64,000 nt of DNA from Owenia fusiformis (lineage: Eukaryota), in contig CAIIXF020000001.1 of NCBI GenBank assembly GCA_903813345.2, positions 49,600,001-49,664,000 on the forward strand, written 5' to 3'. Below, piece after piece: positions 1-9,900 of this stretch. Position 1 is the stretch's first letter. Each line of letters begins with the position of its first letter. The notes beneath the pieces were generated by a model, which was given only the letters and a program-made list of their open reading frames with translations, did no database searches and was not told where the DNA came from. A program made the position numbers and the translations under genes.

Positions 1-87
1 TTTCAGATTAATTATGCCATTATTTATGATCCAATGGATGTTTTTCTTGCCAATCCCATCTTGGAATTGAAAATCAAACTGGTAAAA

Positions 88-182
88 TGAGTATGGCCAA
101 CCCTGAGTAGGAATAAATAAATGAGTATGGCCAACACTGAGTAGGAATAAATGAGTATGGCCAACACTGAGTAGGAATAAAA
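88..182. repeat. 30-34-bp tandem repeat, 3 copies
   Basis: ATGAGTATGGCCAAC[A/C]CTGAGTAGGAATAA repeated three times. Confidence 0.9.
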
Positions 183-325
183 AACATACTAACTGCAAGA
201 CAAACTAAAGCACCAGTTCTTATCAGCGGCTTAACTCCATTAAGATAATAGATGTTTGCAATTGCTACACATTTTACAGCTTTGAACAATTTTAAATAAA
301 TGAATGCATAGAAGTAGAACAGAGT

Positions 326-652
326 ATACCCTGCTCGCAGAGTCTAGTAATAAACTTTAGTATAGACTAAATTACAGTTTAGCAGCCACGCCCCAAAGAT
401 TGGTGCCGGTGACAGCCCGGGTAATAAATCATTTCAAATCAACCACACTGACCCTTTCTCAAACAAACAGCGAAGTGGAAGGAACACTTGCTAAATCCGT
501 GTCAATCGACTACGCGAGGATGTCAGAAGAAATGACCATATAGAAAGTCATCTGTATTTCGACAACGAACTCTGATCATAGATTTATTGTAAACTGAAAG
601 AGTGAAGAAGCAACTCTGTTAAGAAGTAAAGTCGAACGAATGCAAAGAGGGT
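326..652 (+). mobile_element. Dispersed repeat family (TACCCT..AGGGTA ends); second long copy at about 59536-59892
   Basis: Colinear similarity between 326-652 and 59536-59892 (GCAGAGTCTAGT, ATTACAGTTTAG, GGTGACAG, GAAAGAGTGAAGA, TTAAGAAGT.AAGTC.AACGAATGCAAAG). 3'-end fragments at about 23060, 50750, 54650 and 58525. Confidence 0.7.
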
Positions 653-874
653 AAATAGAGTAGAGTATGGTGATTATATTTATCAAGTCAGGTCAAAGGT
701 TTACAAAGGCAAAATGTAAATGCTAGATTTCTACATGAGCTTTGAAAGCCCATGATTTCTATCAAACCTTACCTCGGATATAACTGATGTTATGTGAATT
801 GCTATCTGATAATGATACAGAGATAATGTAGTGCCATATGCTATTATTCCACAACTAAAGTACAAATAAACTCT

Positions 875-1373
875 GGCTTTGTATAAAAAACCTCCTAACT
901 CATACTGACCTTCCCACCTGCGCGGAACACGATACAGTCATTGAAGGGTTCAATTTTAAAGATTATAAATCTCAAAATAGCTCAAGTTATTTACATTTCT
1001 ACGATTCCGGCTTTATTTTATGACTAGACAGATGACAGATCCATAAATAAAGGCATATGGATGCATTTTAATGTGTAATGACCCGAGGGCGCCCCAGGGG
1101 AATAAATAACTAACGACCGCGAGCATAGGTCCAATAAGCCAGATAAAGAAATTGAAAGAAAGTGTGCTAAATTCGATACTCTGAGTGGGAATCAAACCCA
1201 GCTGGGATGTAGTAGCAACTTGCTATCAAGGGTCGTTACAAATGCATCTATAATTCATCATAAACTAAGATTTAATAAACTAAGATCTTTAAAATTGAAC
1301 CCTTCAAAGACTGTATCATGTCCCACGTATGTGGGTAGGTGGGTATGAGGTAGGAGGTTTTTTATATAAAGCC
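875..1373. mobile_element. Mutator-like MITE
   Basis: ~90-bp imperfect TIRs GGCTTTGTATAAAAAACCTCCT..AGGAGGTTTTTTATATAAAGCC with 9-bp TSD ATAAACTCT (866-874, 1374-1382). Confidence 0.88.
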
Positions 1374-1925
1374 ATAAACTCTTGTACATATGTACACTAC
1401 CCTTCAAATTATTCAGAAACGCAGACTCCTCAACCTTGTTAAGTTTTTTTATGTTTTTTTTAAATACTGTATTATTATTTATTTATGTCACCACACCAAG
1501 TGTCATTGTTGTTGTTATGGTCTCCAACCTTTTTTTGTGGATGACAGTCGGTGTTTTGTTCATCTATAATATGGTACCTGTAACAAATTGTGTCTGTAAC
1601 AAATGGCAGCTGGTGACATTTTACATGTTGCTGTCTTGTTTCTTAAATATACATAAGTTCAGAATTTTATGAAAAATTTTACAAACTTTTTTTTAAAAAA
1701 CTGTCAAACATAAACAAGCTTTTATAATGTGTCTCAATAAGGGAGTTGGTGTTCTTAAACTTTTGGAGATGAGTGTATGTCTTATCACAATCTCGAGTTA
1801 CAGAGTCTTTACTTGTACTGTTCATGTTTCACTAGTGTACTGTTTATGTTTGACTAGTGTTACTGTGACCAAAGATCTGAAATCAAAATTATATTGCCTA
1901 TCTAGTGAGCAAGAAAAAACAAACA

Positions 1926-4900
1926 ATGGGTTTGAAAACAACAGTCATAGGGAGTTATCCTAAACCAGACTACCTGAGTCTACCAGACTGGTTTCGTTTG
2001 AACAAGGACAGATACACAGCCAGGCACTTTAATGAATCAATTGAAAATGCACCAGAAGGTAATTTAAATGTTTAACTTTATTTTCAAATGTATGTATGTA
2101 CATTTAAAGAGTAACTGTTTACATTATTCATTCAAGAAAGGTAAAAAGTATAGGTACTTGTCAAGGAAAATTGGCTCCCAGGATCGAACATCGATATTTT
2201 CCAACAATGAAACGTTAAAATGTCGTTATTTTCTGAAATTAAAACCAACTATAAATTCAAAATAAACAGTTCAGAAGATTCATACCAATATCTTGATCAT
2301 TTCTTGTCAGTTTTAGAATTTTTCGTTAAGAAATAAGACCAAAATTCACGATTCAAATGTTGAAGTGAACAAAATTGCGGCCGTTTGAATTCAAATTTTA
2401 TAACGCAACATCTCCATATATGGGACAGAATATCGATGTTGCACTCTGGGAGCCAATCCTCCTTGGGTTCTAGTATGAATAACAAGATATATACATACAT
2501 GAACTGTAATGAGATATATAAGAACTCACTTTAATTGTACCAGATTTAGAGAAGACCATCATGTTGGCCACAGAAGATGTGATGAAACAGCAAACAGAGA
2601 TGGGGATCGATATTATCACAGATGGTGAAATAGCTAGGGAAAACTACATTTGGTATTTTTGGTAAGTTCCCCCCTTGAACCTGAAACTCAAGACACTCTG
2701 AGGGAACAGAGTGAACAATGTCTCGAGCCCTGCATTCAAAGGATGGGAATGTTTTGTGTGGATGGATATTTAAAAATGCCATTTTTTCAATTTCATACAT
2801 TTTGTGTTTTACATGTTGTATGTTGTCTTACTCTATGTAATAAAAATCTGATATGTGACAATTTTTCTTTCATTTTAAGTAATTTTAGGAGTAAGTTTTC
2901 AATGACTGTTCAAAAATGTAGAATTGATTGTCATCTTAAAAAACTTGAATTTTGGGATCATGTAAATATACTTATGGATAGTGTCTGATAGCATCACTTA
3001 AGCATTCATCCCAAGCTATCTCATCTATCAAAAGCTACACTAGATCAGAGCATGTATTTTACATCAATTAATTGTAATAAAATTTAGCTTACATTATTCC
3101 AGTCGCCAGTTAAAGGGGTTCAACTTTACAGAGTTAACTCCAACAGTATACAGGAATGGAGCCTGTAAGACTGACCTACCCACAATAGATGGCCCAGTTG
3201 CTCCAATGTCTGAGAAGCCTTGGCTCTATGAGAAGTGGCTAGCAATACAAGCTTTGACAACCACCGCTGTGAAGATGACCATTCCTGGCCCTATGACTAT
3301 CATTGGCACAACAGCTAGTATGAATATGAGTTATTTCCACAATATCATAGCCCTATGACTATCATCGGCACAACGGCTAGTAAGAATATGAGTTATTTCC
3401 ACAATATCATGGCCCTATGACTATCATGGGCACAACAGCTAGAAAGAATATGAGTTATTTCCAGAATATCAGCCCTATGACTATCATGGGCACAACAGCT
3501 AGTAAGAATATGAGTTATTTCCAGAAAATCATAGCCCTTTGACTATTATGGGCACAACGGCTAGTAAGAATATGAGTTATTTCCACAATATCATGGCCCT
3601 ATGACTATCATCGGCACAACAGCTAGTAAGAATATGAGTTATTTCCACAATATCATGGCCCTATGACTATCATGGGCACAACGGCTAGTAAGAATATGAA
3701 TTATTTCCACAATATCATGGCCCTATGACTATCATGGGCACAACAGCTAGTAAGAATATGAGTTATTTCCACAATATCATGGCCCTATGACTATCATGGG
3801 CACAACAGCTAGTAAGAATATGAGTTATTTCCTGAATATCATAGCCCTTTGACTATTATGGGCACAACAGCTAGTAAGTAACAGCTAATATCATACCCCT
3901 ATGACTATTATGGGCACAACAGCTAGTAAGTAACAGCTAATATCATACCCCTATGACTATTATGGGCACAACAGCTAGTAAGAATATGAGTTATTTGCAC
4001 AATATCATGGCCCTATGACTATTATGGGCACAACGGCTAGTAAGAACAAGGGTTATTTCCAGATTATCATGGCCCTATGACTATTATGGGCACAACAGCT
4101 AGTAAGAATATGAGTTATTTCCAGAATATCATAGCCCTATGACTATTATGGGCACAACGGCTAGTAAGAATATGAGTTATTTCCAGAATATCATAGCCCT
4201 ATGACTATTATGGGCACAACGGCTAGTAAGAACAAGGCTTATTTCTACTATATCATAGACAAGTGACATAAGGTGATATAATGCACGCATGCCTTCTCTT
4301 GGACTGTTGTATGCTAGCCTTTGAATTCGGTGTCCCATCCTCATTTAAAGTCTCATAAAAAACCATTGCGCTTAAAATTGTCCACAATTCATGGAGTCCA
4401 GAACTTACATCCTCAAACATTTTACCTAATTTTTGTACACTATTCTCCAAAAGTTCGGCAGAAGTCCCTCTTTATGTCACCACAAGAACTGGTGACATAT
4501 CGTTATAGTCTCTTACTATTTGTGGTCGGCAGTTGGTGTTTGGTGTCTGTAACAAATAGCAGCTGGTAATATTCTGTGTGTAAATGTCTTGTTTAAGCTA
4601 TTGTAATCTAGGAAAAAATAATATCTAAACATTTTAACAGGCTTAACATGATTATGAATGCCAAACTTTAAGAAGGTGTTCAATGTACTTTATATTTGTA
4701 ATAAACAAAATTACAATCTCTTTCCCTCACATGAGACTCTACATATCTAATTTTAAAATCCCCTCTCAGAAGTTGGAAAACTAAATCACGATCTGAGAAA
4801 AAAATTATTCCTTACAATTTTAATTAATTTACAGACAAGTTTTATGTTGGACGTGAGCAAGAGCTTAGTGAGATTCTGGTGCAGTGTATCAACAGAGAGG

Positions 4901-6608
4901 TGAATGCATTAGCTGAGGCTGGCTGTAAACACATCCAGATAGATGAACCTATTTTGGTGCGCAGTCCAGATATAGCAATGGACTATGGTATCAAACATCT
5001 AGCTGCATGTTTTGAGGTAACTAAATTATGGAAGGTCTGAGGAAATATATACAGGCTGGTCCAAAAAAGCCACCATTTACAGCATTTGTAAGTTACATTT
5101 TTGGGGCATCCTAAATTTTTATGTACTATTTGCACTTCTTTAGGTGGGTGTAGCTAACACGAATTTTCCGATCTTTATCTGTATATTCTTCTTTTTGAAA
5201 ATGCCATTTGTAGTTTGATAAAAAAATCTGTACTGTAGCTCCATATCTAGTATGTGAGCAAAACCCACATTCTATACATTACTAAGATCTGTGTCAAAAG
5301 TTTCATCGATACAAACACACTTAACACATTTAATATTTCCCCTTTGATCTAAATCCATAAAATTCTTCAAATAGCAACATTTTTAGGGCATTAACAAAGA
5401 TGTAGAGAAGTCCATTCACCTGTGCTGTGGCTATCCCCAATACTTGAACCAGGTTGGCTACTTAAAGGCAGATGCTCAGATATACCATGACCTTGCACCA
5501 GTGCTGGATGATGCTGGATTTGATGCGAGTGAGTCTCTACTCTACCATAATACTAAAGAGTCTTGCATTTAGCCCTTGGGTCTCTACTCTACCATAATAG
5601 AATAGGGTGGGGGTGACAAGAACCAGAGATTTGATGTATAGCTGACATGTTCAATGGGGTAGACTGGCTTTTTCACATCAGCCCTTAGCACAGGATTTCA
5701 TTCTGTGTTTTCATTAACCAAAAGGAATACATAGTAAACAAAATCATTATTTTAGGTTTTTATTGTCATCACCAAATAACATTGTCTAGTGTGAACATTT
5801 TTTTAAATACTGAATATTCTGTAAATATAAATCAAAATGACTAGTTTGTCCTATAATGCTGGTAGTTCATGGTTATTTGGGAAATTCTAGTAATTAACAA
5901 AACAATAAAAGACCCACAGTGAGAGAAAATAATCATAGGTTTTGGGCCAATATAAAGATAGCAGCTGTGGTAGAATCTTTAAACACAGATTGATTGGGCT
6001 GCTCTCCTTATAGGCGGGCAGAATTGGAGGTCCAAAAAAAGGTTTAATGTACAGTTGCAACATGTTTCTCGTTATTTCTATTGCCCTTTAAACTATGGAA
6101 ATAATTTTAATAGTAGATTCTATACTGTAAAACAAGTGTAAGTGGAACATCCATAGTACCTCAATATAGTGTTTCGCTAAAAGAGGTTCATTTTATATTA
6201 AAGTAATAGGTAACTGAACTTTGTAAAGTGTTCCACTCATGAAAGTGTTTCACATACAGATGTGTTCTACTTTATAGGTTTTATGTCTTGTATTATTGAA
6301 TAATAATTAATATTGGTATAATAAGAACTGTATCTTGATTTTCAGTTTCCATCGAAGATGCTCATAGACACAACGACCTCACGCTGTTTGATAAATTTAA
6401 GAAATCCACCATAATACTTGGTGTTATTAAAATAGCAGAGGACAAAATTGAGACAGTTGACGAGATTACTACCAGGGTACAGCAAATCCTGAAACACATT
6501 CCAAAGGAAAGACTTATATTGGCTCCTGATTGTGGACTTGCTATGTTACCTATGGAAGTATTAAAGTTGAAAGTTGCAAATATGGTAGCTGCAGCAAAGT
6601 TGCTTTAA
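1926..6608 (+). CDS. Cobalamin-independent methionine synthase catalytic-domain-only ('core' MetE-like) zinc methyltransferase, 6 exons, 350 aa
   Basis: Exons 1926-2058, 2544-2661, 3103-3317, 4835-5016, 5387-5528 and 6346-6608, all GT-AG with consistent phases (1,2,1,0,1), total 1053 nt. Translation contains MGLKTTVIGSYPKP, GIDIITDGEIARENY, VKMTIPGPMT, GCKHIQIDEP, IHLCCGYP, ISIEDAH, LGVI and LAPDCGL, the MetE C-terminal barrel motifs, including the Zn ligands H-x-C, E and the C of PDCG. Confidence 0.9.
3287..4258 (+). repeat. 62-bp minisatellite, about 16 copies, made of the last 31 nt of exon 3 plus the first 31 nt of intron 3
   Basis: Unit GGCCCTATGACTATCATGGGCACAACAGCTA|GTAAGAATATGAGTTATTTCCACAATATCAT with starts at 3287, 3349, 3411, 3471, 3533 ... 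4195. Two shortened units lie near 3843-3950. Confidence 0.97.
4471..4570 (+). mobile_element. Helentron/DINE-like (HINE) non-autonomous repeat; other copies near 1483, 20326, 52441 and 63933
   Basis: Starts TTATGTCACC followed closely by its inverted copy GGTGACATA, then TTATAGTCTC..TTTGTGG..GCAGTTGGTGTTTGG. The same head recurs five times in the window. Family assignment is inference from the subterminal inverted-repeat layout. Confidence 0.55.
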
Positions 6609-6924
6609 TTAAGAAACATTGTGGACTCTGCATCTGAGATTATATTTTCTGTCCATATGATGACATAACAAAAAATGCTCATTATGTGGATTTAAACATT
6701 CATTGTATCATAGAGTTTAACATATATAATGAATAGACTAGATGTACATTTTCATTTTGTACATTTTTATATGTGTTCTTTCAAATTGTATTTTGCAAAC
6801 AACTACCTGTGCTAGTACATGTATTCTCAAAAACTCTTTGAAAAAATACAAGCAACGTTGACTGTCCCTGACCAGAACCTTGAATGCAGTGCATATCTCT
6901 AAAATTATTTTTATTTATTCATGA

Positions 6925-9900
6925 CTAAATGTCACAGATATCATCAATTCCATACAAACTAGGGATATCTTTGAGCAACAGATAGTCTTTAGACTTAAGA
7001 TCAAGGAGTGCTGCAGCTTCATTGATTCTAGTTATTCCACCTAGGATTTTTCTGATCTGTTTTCTGCATTGCGATTTTAGTCCAAATCCATGTTGTAGAA
7101 GTTGATTATTAATGGAAATCCTATTTTCATCGGTTAATCGATTTTTCCAAAGTGGCATTCTGGGTAAAACACTTGTATCACAACCTGCTGCCACTAACAT
7201 TAAAGCGACATCTGGTGGCTGTTTGTATAAAATTGTTTGCTTAAACGCAACCTCAATAGGGGTCTCTGGTCGATCATATCGGCTATCTGACAATACACGA
7301 TTTGGTGTGTCCATATCACAGTTATAATAGAGGAGTTTATAAACAATGTCCTTCTTATTTTCCATAACTCTATTAATAGCACACATTAATGGAGTGTTGC
7401 CACGGTCATCGCTCATCCCCAATGGAGACCCCTTGGCTAGTAAAACATCAATGATTTCATGTGAGCACTTGCTGCTTATTGCGATATGTAACGGTAGCTG
7501 ACCATGTATGGTGTTTCTAATAGTGAAATCTGCACCTTTTTCTATAAGCAGCAGAGCTATATCAGTATGTTTTTTAGAGCATGCCAAGTGCAGTGCAGTA
7601 TTCCCCTCAGCATCGATGTAATTTACGTCAATACCTGATTCCAGGAGTAGCTCCACAAGGGACCTGTTATTGTTCTTGGATGCTTTATGTAGCACACCTA
7701 GTCCACAGGGGTCCATCTCCAGACTGTGCATGTTGGCACCATGGCTGATCAGGAACTTTACAACATCAATATTTCCTGAAACAAGAGTTAATAAAAATTA
7801 GCAATATTGTGAATATGCCAAAACATTTCCTGATTTCCAAATGTTACTTGTACTTTGTAAAACATTTACAATGCCACGGAGTACAAAATCTCAATAAACA
7901 AATTATTCAGCCTATCAATCTAAAATATGTCACATTATTTACATCTCTTGAAAACTGAGATGACTAGGGAAATGGAAACGACGGGTGAAATAGATACTAT
8001 TGATAGACATAAAATGAATGTAGATCCAATGTATGACCTAATATGAATGTAGATATGACCTAATATGAATGGCAATTTCAATTTGTACCACAAGTGTTGA
8101 TGGTTGGACTGAAGGACTGATAGATGGAGGGATTGATGAAACAATGTTAGAACACCCAGTCAATACTTCAAGCAAATCATTTACTTCATAGAACACTTTC
8201 CACCAAATATGACGAAAATTTCTCCCGTAGTATTTCCATTACTTTTCCAGCCAACAGATGGACTGATGGATGGATGGGCAGAGGACTTGATTACCAAACT
8301 TTGTTCTTTGGTAAACAATCACTGAAACCCAGACAATCTTTTTCAATTCTTCAATCAAAATGTTTACCTTCTGGATATATGTTAGTTATATGGACTGCCA
8401 TTCATCACCAACATCAAACAAACAAACAAACAAACAAACAAACCTGCTGTCACTGCAGCATGTAGAGCAGTCTCTCCCTTCTCATAGTCCACATTTAACC
8501 CACTGTCCAGGAGCACCTGTATACATTCATGCCCTCTAGGATGGGTGGCAGCATGGTGTATTGCACTATAGTACTGCTTGTCAAAGTGATGAATGTTTGC
8601 TCCTAAGGAAAGAAGCAATGTAACAACTCCAGGGTGGTTGTGTTTACATGCTTCCAATAGAGGGGTGACTCTATCTGAAAACAAACCCGATAATGCTTGT
8701 TTAAGTAAAACAAATGTATTATTCGGAAAAAGTAAAGTGAAGGGATGAAAAAAAAGAAACCACAAACGCTAATACAAATGCAGGTACAAAACGCGGGTAT
8801 AAAGTGTAACAATTTCTTACAGGTATAACCATATCAAGGCAAACTCTGCTAGACATAAATAATTCAGCCTATAACAATATGTAACCACATCTAGGTGGTA
8901 ACATCATACACCACATTTGTCTCATTAAGGAGAATCACATAATAGATTTGATAATAAACACACATAGAATTGTTTATATTTTAGACCTGCATTTTATGTT
9001 CTTGTTGGTCATTATCTCCATTATCTCTTTGTAATATTGAGACATCAAAATGAAGTAGTAACTGCACTACTGAAATATCAAAATAATTGAAATAAAAACT
9101 TGTGTATACTGTGCATGTACACAAGTTTTAAACATGAAAAACATCCAGTTTTCATGACTCTAACAATCTGTTTGATGATAATCACATGAATGATTAAAAC
9201 ATTTAAATATCAAACAGATTACATAGTTACTATGTATTTCTTTTAAAACAATTTCATAGTGTACCAAATTATTCAATCAAACAGATTAAACATTTAATGA
9301 AGTTACATAATTCCAATATTATGTTGATGTTTATAAGGGAAATGATTTTAACATTGAAATATCAAACAGATTATACAAAAGAATTTATTTTTATATGTGT
9401 ACCATATTTATACTACTATCAAACAGATTAAACATTAAATCAATGGAGTTTTATAATTCAAATAATCTGTTTGATCATTGATACAAGATTAAAACTTTAA
9501 ATGTTTTGAATGGGATTAATAAAACATTAAACACAATCAAGTGATGAGTTAACTCCCTTGATCCTTGATGCCATTTCAATGAATCCTGAAATTCCTTTGA
9601 TCAACAAGATCAACACGCAGGATCTGTATATATATCCATGCGGAATCAGTAAACAACATTCAGTCTTAGAGCAATCTACAGCACATGAACTAACACAAAC
9701 AGCGATAAACAACAAACAAGCAGAATTAAATCACGAACTTTGACACAAGAGAAGAAAACAATATGGATAATTACACAACAGAATCTCTCTTGGATGTCTC
9801 ATCATATCACTATAGCAACAACTGCCTCATGGAGTATGTGTCACCTAGCAACACTAATATGAACAGCACGCTCTATGGATCTCTTCAAGGAGAACCCGTT

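Noticed and set aside
1170..1225. tRNA gene or SINE (B-box-like GGTTTGATTCC on the - strand)
   Set aside because: No cloverleaf or convincing A-box; it lies inside a Mutator-like MITE.
3287..4258. CRISPR-like array
   Set aside because: Units are contiguous near-identical repeats with no unique spacers, they derive from an exon/intron boundary, and there are no cas genes; the context is eukaryotic.
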